Of a stretch of DNA of 32,102 nucleotides, positions 23,001 to 29,242 are shown piece by piece. Source of the stretch: Paraphysomonas bandaiensis (Eukaryota; Protista; Chrysophyceae); the NCBI GenBank assembly GCA_965644295.1, contig CBFFRP010000539.1, positions 1-32,102 of the forward strand, in the 5' to 3' direction. Position numbers and translations under genes: made by a program. Within the stretch, counting starts at the first letter, position 1, and every line of letters starts with the position of its first letter. The notes under the pieces were generated by a model. The model ran no database searches and was not told the origin of the DNA. It saw only the letters and a list, made by a program, of their open reading frames with translations.

Positions 23001-25448
23001 GCATTATTTATTCTTCCCCAGTTTGATGATGGTTTCGCAATCGATGAAGTCAAAACTGCAGCTCCAACGTTAGCCCCAACTCCTCAAGATGAGACCTTTA
23101 CAATTATTGACTCGGCAGAAGTGGTTGGCAGGAAGTATTGGTACTACTATGTACCGGGAATATTGGTGCTACTTTTTATCCTATGTTGTATATGCAGATT
23201 CTGGAGCGCTAAGTATGCTGCTGAGAAAACAGAATCACATGAATCCTATTTACACTCTGACGAAGAGCTCGCATCTACTGCATTTGTGGGCGAGCCATCC
23301 AATAAGCCATTTATTTGCGATTGGGATTATGATGAAAATGATTCAAGTCACGGAAAATCTGCACCTGTTATGCGACCACTGGAAACTAATCGAGAGGACT
23401 ATGCGAAGCGGGCAGCCGCTCGCCGCAAGGAGCTATTGAAGTCTCAGAGCTCCTTGCTCGGGGATGAGAGTACAGTTATTGATGAGACTGCAGGAAGGCC
23501 TCGCGATTCAATACCACTGGATGACGACGCGACTCATTCTCCAGATCACAACGTTCCACCGCTTTATCCCCTGAGAGACCTTGCCGGTGATTTGTTCCCT
23601 GGTGACTCCAATCCACCAGAAAAAGCAGAAAAGTCTGGTTGGTTCATGTCATCGAAGTCACGAAGCGGTTCACCGGAAGCGGGTACTCAGGGTATACCGA
23701 AATCATCACTGGAGAAGGTTTATGATGAGCGGACGAAATCTAATTCACGAGATTCAACCTACTCATCTGATGAAGATTCTGATTCCCAGAAGAATATCCG
23801 AAAGGTTCAGAACCAGCGCTCTCCTGAGTTAAAGAGATCAGTTAGCCACACTGACAGTGTTGCATCGACGACGCCTTCAGAACCGACTTCCCCTCGCCCC
23901 ACTGGTATTGGAAAACTTGACGAGCCATCACCTACGAAACGAGAGCATTCGAGCAGCCCAGTTCCAACGTTAGAGAGTATTCACCGTGCCTGCAAACGGG
24001 AGAAGAGCATTCCTCGTATTGCTCCAAAAGATACTATCGGCGCTAAATCCGAAGGCAACCGGGTGTGGCAAGACTCGCCTATAAATCTTGGTGGATCATC
24101 TGATGATGACAGTGACTGTAACCTTAGTGTGAGAATCGTGGGGTCATCGGCGTTCATAGATTCTGTAAACTCTCCAAGTAGTGATCGATCCAATAATGTA
24201 CGGTCGATGGACTTTCATGAGGTGCCTCGTAAACCTGGTGCCAGTTTACCTGCACGTAAAGCTCCGCAAAGGCCCGGTTTAGAACCTTTGAGTTCAACAA
24301 AGCGGTTACCAATGGGAATGAAAACTGTTAAAAGTAAAGCAGAATCTGACTCCACAGTCCTAAAACTGCCAAATATTAAGCACCAGTCGAAGCCCCGGAC
24401 TTGGGACGCGGACAATGCTCTACCTCAGACGGAACCTAGTAGCGCACGCCAACGGACAATGAGAAAGCAGACATCCGCACTGAAGACGCGTGATAGTGAT
24501 GTGCAGCTCAGCTCACCTGCTCCGAAGCCGAATATCACTCCTACCACATTCCGAAGGGTGGATGGAGCTCCCATACCAGGTATACATTCTCAGGATCGTC
24601 GTGTCAAAAACTCATCGGGAAGAGATAAAAAAGATACGAAGAATATATCACCGGGTAAACATAGTGATCACGAGAAGGAGGAACTAAGTGGTATTGAAAA
24701 GAATGAAAAGAGACCGTCTCTTCTCAACTTCTTGATCGGAAGAGGGCGTGGTAATGACGCAATTGGAAGTAAACCTCAAACTAAGAGCATGACGACCGCC
24801 AATAGACCCACCTCACCGACATTAACTCCAAAGAGTGTTACAAAGCGACCAGTGGGCAGTGTGTCGTCATTGTCATCTGATGGAGATCAGCCGTATACCG
24901 ACGACAATCCGATCAGCAGTGTCCGTAACCTTCAGTATCAGAGGAGTAAACCCGAGAAGAAAACCCTTCGTAAGGGAATTACAATAGACAGCATTGTTTT
25001 ATCCTCCGATGACGAAGACGACAATGCGATAAAAGTAACACACATTCGTACACCTCGTGCCACTCCGACTCTATCGAGTACGCATCGCCCACGACAGGAG
25101 CCGGGTATATCTAAAAGCCCTGGCCCATCTACACAGCGGGTTACAACATCTACAAGAGGAAGTGTAAACAAACAACAGGCCATTAACAAGCAGCGGGGGA
25201 CCCGCACAGCAGCACCAGCTCGCCATCCACAGCGTAACCTGGGTATATATCCTACTTCTAGCCCCCCACTTCGGTCGCACAGTGTCGGAGTATCATCGGC
25301 ACCGCGATCTGCCAGTCCAGTGCGGAATTCTCCTCCCATCCGTTCGCAAAGCCAAAGTCCAGCAGCAACCGGACGCACCCCTGTTTCGCCTATGAAAAAA
25401 GGCGTCATTAAACAAGATAAAAAAACTAGACGCTATGAGGCTTTGTAA
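11070..25448 (+). CDS. Giant (4792 aa) single-exon type-I membrane mucin/adhesin-like protein with N-terminal C-type lectin domain
   Basis: ATG at 11070 is followed by a signal peptide (MLVPIFVLFACFHIALS). Uninterrupted 14.4-kb ORF: CTLD, P-[S/T]-x-x stalk, four Cys-rich modules, membrane-proximal domain (about 22530-23060), TM helix YWYYYVPGILVLLFILCCIC, and S/P/R/K-rich tail ending RRYEAL. Confidence 0.9.
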   Translation: MLVPIFVLFACFHIALSICPTNFDLHYGDYCFSPIPRSGDYDSAFAGCRQQDGVMVSIHSSDDNMAVVAAAKILGIHFPVYIGYSFDGKGWAWSDGSPLSHYSNWTSGGLQDLTSRCTGLRQDGSWIAVNCRNHLDFMCTSRELDDQNKYVISKTRGIRVNLQDMSPTSLPTGQPTGQPTCVPSGEPSGQPTGEPSGQPTCVPTGQPSGHPTGQPSGQPTCVPTGEPSGQPTGEPSGQPTCVPTGQPSGHPTGQPSGQPTCVPTGEPSGQPSGHPTGQPSGQPSCVPTGEPSGQPTGEPSGQPTCVPTGQPSGHPTCQPTGQPTCVPTGEPTGQPSGHPTGQPSGQPSCVPTGEPSGQPTGQPTGQPTCVPTGQPSGHPTGQPSGQPTCVPTGEPSGQPTGQPTGQPTSVPSGQPSCVPTGEPSGQPTGEPSGQPTCVPTGQPSGHPTGEPTGQPTCVPTGKPSGQPTGQPTGQPTSVPSGQPSCVPTGQPTCVPTGGPSGQPTGEPSGQPTCIPTGQPSGHPTGQPSGQPTCVPTGEPSGQPTGQPTGQPTSVPSSQPSCVPTGEPSGQPTGEPSGQPTCVPTGQPSGHPTGQPSGQPTSVPSGQPSCVPSGQPSCVPTGEPSGRPTGQPTGQPTSVPSGQPSCVPTGEPSGQPTGEPSGQPTCIPTGQPSGHPTGEPTGQPTCVPTGEPSGQPTGQPSSQPTSVPSGQPSCVPTGQPTCVPTGGPSGQPTGEPSGQPTCIPTGQPSGHPTGQPSGQPTCVPTGEPSGQPTGQPTGQPSCVPSGQPSCVPTGEPSGQPTGEPSGQPTCVPTGQPSGHPTGQPSGQPTCVPTGEPSGQPTGQPTGQPTSVPSRNPTSVPSGQPTCVPTGEPSGQPSGQPTGQPTCVPTGQPTGEPSGQPTCIPTGQPSGHPTGEPTGQPSCVPTGEPSGQPTGQPTGQPTSVPSGQPSCVPSGQPTCVPTGVPSGQPTGEPSGQPTCIPTGQPSGHPTGQPTGQPTCVPTGEPSGQPTGQPTGQPTSVPSGQPSCVPTGEPSGQPSGQPTGQPTCVPTGQPSGHPTGHPSGQPTCVPTGEPSGQPSGQPTGQPTSVPSGQPSCVPSGQPTCVPTGEPSGQPTGEPSGQPTCIPTGQPSGHPTGQPSGQPTCVPTGEPSGQPTGQPTGQPSCVPSGQPSCVPTGEPSGQPTGEPSGQPTCVPTGQPTGHPTGEPTGQPTCVPTGEPSGQPTGQPTGQPTSVPSGQPSCVPSGQPTCVPTGEPSGQPTGEPSGQPTCVPTGQPSGHPTGQPSGQPTCVPTGEPSGQPTGQPTGQPTSAPSGQPSCVPTGEPSGQPTGEPSGQPTCVPTGQPSGHPTGQPTGQPTCVPTGEPSGQPTGQPTGQPTSVPSRNPTSVPSSQPTCVPTGEPSGQPTVEPSGQPTCVPTGQPSGHPTGQPSGQPSCVPTGEPSGQPTGQPTGQPTSVPSSQPTCVPTGEPSGQPTGEPSGQPTCVPTGQPSGHPTGQPSGQPTCVPTGEPSGQPTVEPSGQPTCIPTCQPSGDPTGQPTGQPTCVPTGEPSGQPTGQPTGQPTSVPSSNPTSVPSSQPTCVPSGEPSGQPTGEPSGQPTCVPTGQPSGHPTGQPSGQPTCVPTGEPSGQPTGQPTGQPTSAPSGQPSCVPTGEPSGQPTGEPSGQPTCVPTGQPSAYPTGQPSGQPSCVPTGEPSGQPTGEPSGQPTCVPTGQPSGHPTGQPSGQPTCVPTGEPSGWPTGQPTGQPTSFPSGQPTCVPTGEPSGQPTGEPSGQPTCVPTGQPSGHPTGQPSGQPTCVPTGEPSGQPTGQPTGQPSCVPSGQPSCVPTGEPSGQPTGEPSGQPTCVPTGQPSGHPTGQPSGQPSGVPSGHPTYQYPLALEVFRGGNNSFPVVWTPDSLGWANSSYPLYLTVDVFPTDYGSMATQWATIKVNNVTVMEYCTPAEECGSSYYNCFYDMDISDYVSEPLGGSLTIEVSSTGVTGGPCDYLGYPLYTHLQLRGATPSSQPTGVPTGYPTGQPSAQPSGIPTVFPTVVPSGLPSSIPSGQPTSNPSSYPSGKPSGEPSFSPSAIPSGLPSGFPTGEPTCVPTCVPSGNPSCVPTCEPSSLPTVLPSSAPSGQPTSLPSGYPSLMPSNMPTSQPSCLPTGIPTRYPTGLPSASPTGEPSTQPSGQPTGAPTYRPSQIPTGFPSKEPTSEPTCIPSGSPTYIPSCRPSGMPTGMPTGWPSSVPSGMPTTCPSSVPSGQPSCLPSGTPSSQPTDVPSGLPTAEPTAVPSEQPTSQPTSQPTGNPTCRPTGLPSGRPTGQPTSVPSAVPSGQPSGVPSGHPTYQYPLALEVFRGGNNSFPVVWTPDSLGWANSSYPLYLTVDVFPTDFELRASSWVTIKVNNVTVMEYCTPAEECGSSYYNCFYDMDISDYVSEPLGGSLTIEVSSTGVTGGPCDYLGYPLYTHLQLRGATPSSQPTGVPTGYPTGQPSAQPSGQPTSIPSNIPSALPSTFPSGCPSGFPTALPTPLPSGFPTGVPSERPTCAPTMIPSGQPTGYPSAIPSGHPSYLPSGLPSGTPTELPSSLPTSQPSGQPTSEPSSIPSGPPTGQPTGKPSSEPTSYPTTLPSSTPTCIPSGRPTSTPSFEPSGEPSSYPSGQPTGHPSGQPTDMPSSQPSSTPTGEPTVQPTGQPSGLPTGQPTIVPTGLPTCIPSSVPSGIPSGQPTRIPSGMPSSQPTGQPSGEPTGQPTSSPTILPSTVPSSEPSSVPSEIPTVQPTGRPSGQPTTLPSGLPTGQPTNQPSSQPTSQPTGQPTVVPSGQPTSEPTGQPTSRPTCVPSGQPSGQPSSEPSCPPTGVPSEQPTSTPSTQPTGQPTGQPSSQPTGNPTCRPTGLPSGRPTGQPTSVPSAVPSGQPSGVPSGHPTYQYPLALEVFRGGRNSFPVVWTPDSLGWANSSYPLYLTVDVFPTNYGSMATQWATIKVNNVTVMEYCTPAEECGSSYYNCFYDMDISDYVSEPLGGSLTIEVSSTGVAGGPCDYMGYPLYTHLQLRGAIPSSQPTGVPTGYPTGQPSAQPSGIPTVFPTVVPSGLPSSIPSGQPTSNPSSYPSGQPTSLPSKVPTGDPTGLPTGQPSGCPTSFPTCIPSGAPSITPSSQPSEQPTSQPSAQPTGQPSSQPTTEPTGEPTGQPSGKPSSEPSALPTFYPTGTPSRQPSGIPTCQPTVQPSGQPSSQPSGLPSSQPTSQPTSGPTNQPTSEPSGIPTGQPSGQPTEQPTPSPTSEPTCLPSGQPTLQPTGKPTGQPSREPTGEPSSIPSILPTGEPTGQPSSEPSGQPSGNPTGQPTCQPTGYPSGHPTYRPSGQPSGLPTALPSGQPSGVPTLQPTSIPSGQPSALPSIRPTSQPTGQPSSQPTVVPSGEPSSHPTYMFPLGLQFTGGGSDSSPVLWEVDGLSYVNSAYSLFLSVDVYPTNFAIIANQYATIKINGAVVMAHCIPGESCGDRWYHCIVDMDISEFVEEPLGGSVTIEVSSTGVNSGPCDHQGHPLFTQMFLRESLPTGQPTGEPSGQPTGQPSGEPTSQPTGEPTGQPTGQPTGQPSCQPTGQPTGQPTSNPTGQPSGRPTGQPTGKPTGQPTSQPTGQPSGQPTAQPTSEPSSYPTGQPTCYPTGEPTGEPSGHPTGEPTSGPTDIPTGQPSGIPTCDPTGQPTGQPTSAPSGQPTAQPTGQPTAAPTSQPSAQPTCIPTGIPSGQPTCQPTSQPTGQPTGQPTSQPSGQPTSVPTREPTCLPTSFPSSQPSGMPSGQPTCQPSGQPSSQPTVRPSGQPTGSPTGQPTGEPTLQPSSQPSSQPTSAPTSPTSIPSSLPTTFFEVVSVVSVTGRQDIFGIQAYMFDAPAETAFKELIVSSMSAGVILAKNIQILSVTTISTPSQVNFSVYESLSQSRTGTQNLRRHNSHRNLALLNTITRVGYSVKAVVPKRQYADSSTFATAMKQSVNDTFTQASVGSDFISLSRKYGSTHFNDTAEALFILPQFDDGFAIDEVKTAAPTLAPTPQDETFTIIDSAEVVGRKYWYYYVPGILVLLFILCCICRFWSAKYAAEKTESHESYLHSDEELASTAFVGEPSNKPFICDWDYDENDSSHGKSAPVMRPLETNREDYAKRAAARRKELLKSQSSLLGDESTVIDETAGRPRDSIPLDDDATHSPDHNVPPLYPLRDLAGDLFPGDSNPPEKAEKSGWFMSSKSRSGSPEAGTQGIPKSSLEKVYDERTKSNSRDSTYSSDEDSDSQKNIRKVQNQRSPELKRSVSHTDSVASTTPSEPTSPRPTGIGKLDEPSPTKREHSSSPVPTLESIHRACKREKSIPRIAPKDTIGAKSEGNRVWQDSPINLGGSSDDDSDCNLSVRIVGSSAFIDSVNSPSSDRSNNVRSMDFHEVPRKPGASLPARKAPQRPGLEPLSSTKRLPMGMKTVKSKAESDSTVLKLPNIKHQSKPRTWDADNALPQTEPSSARQRTMRKQTSALKTRDSDVQLSSPAPKPNITPTTFRRVDGAPIPGIHSQDRRVKNSSGRDKKDTKNISPGKHSDHEKEELSGIEKNEKRPSLLNFLIGRGRGNDAIGSKPQTKSMTTANRPTSPTLTPKSVTKRPVGSVSSLSSDGDQPYTDDNPISSVRNLQYQRSKPEKKTLRKGITIDSIVLSSDDEDDNAIKVTHIRTPRATPTLSSTHRPRQEPGISKSPGPSTQRVTTSTRGSVNKQQAINKQRGTRTAAPARHPQRNLGIYPTSSPPLRSHSVGVSSAPRSASPVRNSPPIRSQSQSPAATGRTPVSPMKKGVIKQDKKTRRYEAL
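11121..11495 (+). other. C-type lectin-like domain (long form)
   Basis: CPTNFDLHYGDYCF..YDSAFAGCRQQDGVMVSIHSSDDN..VYIGY..WAWSDGSP..YSNW..C..DGSWIAVNC..FMC. Six-Cys pattern, WIGL-equivalent (YIGY), and W.W.DGS / Y.NW motifs. Confidence 0.88.
11568..16661 (+). repeat. Coding minisatellite: about 420 12-nt units (PTGQ/PSGQ/PTGE/PTCV/PSGH/PTSV) arranged in 60-nt and higher-order blocks
   Basis: Near-identical nucleotide blocks recur throughout, e.g. tgtgttccaacgggtgaaccatctggtcagccgactggcgagccttccggtcaacccaca. Confidence 0.95.
16662..21608 (+). repeat. Four copies of a 128-aa Cys-containing module (16662-17045, 18015-18398, 19740-20123, divergent copy 21225-21608) separated by degenerate P-[S/T]-x-x spacers
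   Basis: YQYPLALEVFRGG..YLTVDVFPT..ATIKVN..YCTPAEECG..YNCFYDMDISDYV.EPLGGSLTIEVSSTGV..GPCDY.GYPLY. Each copy is exactly 384 nt with four conserved Cys. Confidence 0.9.
23136..23195 (+). other. Single transmembrane helix with juxtamembrane Cys cluster (possible palmitoylation)
   Basis: YWYYYVPGILVLLFILCCIC followed by RFWSAK. Confidence 0.8.
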
Positions 25449-27041
25449 TAAGCGAAAATAGACGTTGATATATATCTATGTCTGCATGCATGCATATTAA
25501 ACTGCCGAATTCATAGCAGAATCACTTTTAGAATCATCTTAGAACAGTTCCATCAATGATCTTTGTGGGATTATCACGTGTATATAGGATACTGTGACAA
25601 CTTTTCGACAGTTGAAAACTGTTAATGTATTATCATGGACTACATCAGCCACGACAGTTTAGAATAGCATATGTATAGAGTGCCTATTTCTTACATGTGT
25701 TACGATTAGTTGGCGCCGTATGTATTCTTTGAATTCCGTATATCTATGTTTTAACGTAATAAATATAACGAGTAGAATGTGTCGATTTACGAACATTGTT
25801 AAGTTTTGCCAAAAGGGAGCAATTAAATACAGTAACTTAAAAGTGTTTGAATTGTAGCCGTTGGTATCGAGTACAGTTGTTATTGTCTGCAATAAAACCA
25901 GGACAATGGCGATGTAATAGAACATTATGACCGCACCAACTTACAGTCCGATAATATATAGCTTCTAAATTTTTGCATATGATATATCACACTTACGTTG
26001 CTCTATTACAACTACTGAAGTGACAAAATTTACCTAGGACATTTTATTCATCATATCATAAAAGTGAGATCCATGACGCTTCGCTTAAACGCTGATGTAA
26101 TAATCACCAAAAAAATACTGACCCACCTACAGTGTCTTCTCCCAACTTCATAGTAAGATCTCAAAACGTATATCAGCTATTGTAACATTAGGGTGGGTAT
26201 TCATATACATCACCAAGCTGTTGCTGAACAGGATATTGATATTTGTGACGAACAATGTGAGAATAAGCAACACGTAATTTGTGTAATGACTCAAGATACG
26301 GGCGTGAATAGTGATTATGGGTATGTACTCTTTGCTCAGTAAAATACTTGTTTTATATATAGGAGTGGGATTTACACAAGCGGTAATCATTGTTTAAATA
26401 ATGATGTGATAGCAAAGTTCCTGGGAAATGATAAAAAACATACTCAGTGTCAACACTTTAACTAAATATTATTACATCATTAATAATCGATTTATTTGAA
26501 TTAAATTCTAGATATATTTTAATCAAAGCAGGTCTCCCGAGATTATAGTCACAAAGAATATACCCGCTGCTAAAACTACTATATTGTACTTTTCTTTGAC
26601 GTAATTGCTGCAATATGTCGTCTTTTGATAACAAGGCACATGTACTTCTCATCGCGCGGACTGTGTATTTCTAAGTAGTTTAACGCAACGGTTAATGAAG
26701 GGTAATTATAATGGGACAGAATCAGCGTTGTACAACGTAACTACAATAATACATGCATATACAGTTCTCCTTGGGGCAGATCAGTTAACATTTATGTACC
26801 TTCATAAACGTCAATCCCCTTTTATATTCTTTTCCCAACGCAGGGAGTATCAGAGTGACCTGCTTACTTGTTCGCTTTTTTACGTAGGCTTTTAGAAAAA
26901 CATTTTCAGCCGCATCAGTGCAATTTATTGCAGATAAATCTGATCGATCCAACCACTGTGGTGCTGGAGTGTAAAGAGTCTCACCTGGGTGCCACATATC
27001 AGCATATTCCGCTCCACCTTCGTCATTGCTCTCTTGATCTG

Positions 27042-27387
27042 CAACTTGGGTAGATATACAAATGGTGTGTGCTTCACGTTCACATTTCCGGTGGAGTAGT
27101 ACAACTCACTACCCCACTCAGAACAGTTTGTAAAACTCAAACCTCCACTTTTTTGTCGGTCGTATGGAGGCGGGTTGGAGAGATCCCAGCAGTAACTGAT
27201 GTCTACATTCGACGACAACTTGGGTAGATACAAATGGTGTGTGCTTCACGTTCACATTTCCGGTGGAGTAGTACAACTCACTACCCTACTCAGAACAGTT
27301 TGTAAAACTCAAACCTCCACTTTTTTGTCGGTCGTATGGAGGCGGGTTGGAGAGATCCCAGCAGTAACTGATGTCTACATTCGACGA
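27042..27387. repeat. Local tandem duplication (174 + 172 bp); single-copy in copy 1 (about 8625-8796)
   Basis: caacttgggtagata..gtctacattcgacga occurs at 27042-27215 and again at 27216-27387. Confidence 0.92.
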
Positions 27388-28284
27388 AATTAAAGAACCT
27401 TGAGCATTCCAAGGTGCATCCCATTCCTACGATGTAAACTATTTACAAAGAACTCATTGACAGGATTTACACATAGCAAAGAAGTCACACAAGTCGCCTG
27501 CTGTGTGAGAATATTCGCCACAGATATTTCCGTAATATCACCGTGGTTAATAACATACTCTCGTACTTCATTGACGTCTAGACAAACAAATCGAACATGT
27601 GGAAATTTATCCGCACATGTACCTAGTAACAAAATAGCACTGGAATTTCGTGCAAGAGTGGGACATTTTCTAACTTCCAGTACGCGAACACTGTAAGGGT
27701 CCCAGTACTACGACCCAGTAAGGGGATCCGTACTATGTAGCTTCTATAGAAAACAATATGGCAGTACTACACCACTTCCACCAGCCTTGACTAAAGGAGA
27801 TATTAGAATTTCAACCACCACAGCTATATATTGAGCTAGAAACCCATATGATCATACAACAATATGATAAATCAGTATACTAGCAACGCTGAGTATACCT
27901 TTATATAGTCACATGACGTCATTTCCTCTTCAGTGAAGCCCACAAGTTCACATGGTCTAGTCAGCTTGAACATACTCTGACACCTACGCTCAGAGTTTAA
28001 TATATAATGCATCCACAGCTGTTGTATATACGAGCCTTCATATTGTAGAATATACAATAGCAAAACATTGATGAAAGCAATATGTGACATACATCAGTGC
28101 TGCAGGTTGAGGTTCAATATAAGTGGACTGTTTCTCCATAGGCGGAAGTTCCAACACGAATTTCGTAAGCAGCTTCGCAAATGGATACAAGTCAATATAT
28201 TGCATTCTTAAAGCTCCTTGTAGTAGCCTCAGCATATTCCAATCCACATCTGAGGACTCAACACCAAGATAATTGGACTCCAAC

Positions 28285-28566
28285 TGCCCCATATTGACAG
28301 CGTAACTAATCACTGCGTGCGGCCCTCTAGTGGGTACTGCTGAGTGCTGCGACCGCGCACTTCTACCTATGTACACATTGCTTACTTCAGCGGTTGCCCA
28401 CCCGGGTTCTCACTGCATATTCAACGCTGAATACCGTGTGATAATGATGTAGCTAGTTGGGTTCAGTAGGTAGCTAGAATATAACATATGGGACTGAATC
28501 AAGTATTAGTTAGGTGACCACCCGGCCCCCAACCGGATCTACCTAAGTACGCGCTCAGAATGGACA
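28285..28566. mobile_element. Solo LTR (282 bp) with 5-bp target-site duplication
   Basis: Begins TG (tgccccat) and ends CA (atggaca), an imperfect terminal inverted repeat. Flanked by ccaac at 28280-28284 and 28567-28571. The empty site ctaac is at 9723-9727 in copy 1. Confidence 0.88.
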
Positions 28567-29242
28567 CCAACCCTTTCATAGACCACAATAATGTTGATGA
28601 TGAATCAGATGTTTCAGGTGTCAGACAAGAAACAGCTTCAAGTAGATATTCATCATCAAATCTTGCAACCAAAGACCAAACAAAAGTAAATATAGATCCC
28701 TTTAATACAGTAAGTGATATCGTCGGAATGTCGTAAGTCCAAGGTAGAAAGAATGAGAAAATGAATCGTCGCTTGTCGTCAGTCCTTTGGAGGTGAATGT
28801 ACTCTGCCATTTGAGATGTCGCTTTCTGAAGCAATTCATCGGATTCGAAGACTGAAGACTCATGCCGAAACAACTCAAGTCCATTATAACCTCGTTTCGG
28901 CCGCCTGGAGCAAGCACGTTTAGGGGACTTAATACAGCCCTGAAGGTCTTGTTTGCTACCCTCTTGGCCACAGAATGCCTCCACAGCCAGAGCTACCTCC
29001 AGATTATCTGATGAGCTGAATTGTCGCTTCTTACTTCGTAATGGTTGAATTTCACTGTCCATGATGGATAAGAATTCAAAAATGAACTCATCATCAAATG
29101 TAAACGACATGAATCCAAATTCTTATAGAGAAGATGATATCCTGTGACAACAACAGTCCAAAGGACAGTCTGAATATGCAAAGAAGATTCCATTGTATGT
29201 AATTAATCAAATTCTTTAATTAAAGATACCAATGTCCGCAGG

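Larger units (their letters stand above)
7592..25880. repeat. Tandem segmental duplication, copy 1 (unit of about 18.3 kb)
   Basis: Sequence from tattgtctgcaataaa (7592) recurs at 25881 and stays colinear through the orphan gene and the lectin gene start (11070 vs 30706). Weaker similarity may extend about 100-200 nt further left. Confidence 0.9.
26523..29110 (-). pseudogene. Pseudogenised copy of the 598-aa orphan gene
   Basis: Solo LTR in exon 1; deletion of the intron-2 acceptor (about 27806); in-frame TAG at 27744-27746 and 27708-27710; GT>GC donor at 27497; 172-bp tandem duplication; 2-nt insertion in the last exon (about 26614). Confidence 0.88.

Noticed and set aside
26221-26336. About 111-bp segment absent from copy 1, flanked by ttgct
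   Set aside because: No terminal repeats or tail; equally explained by a microhomology-mediated deletion in copy 1, so not called a mobile element.
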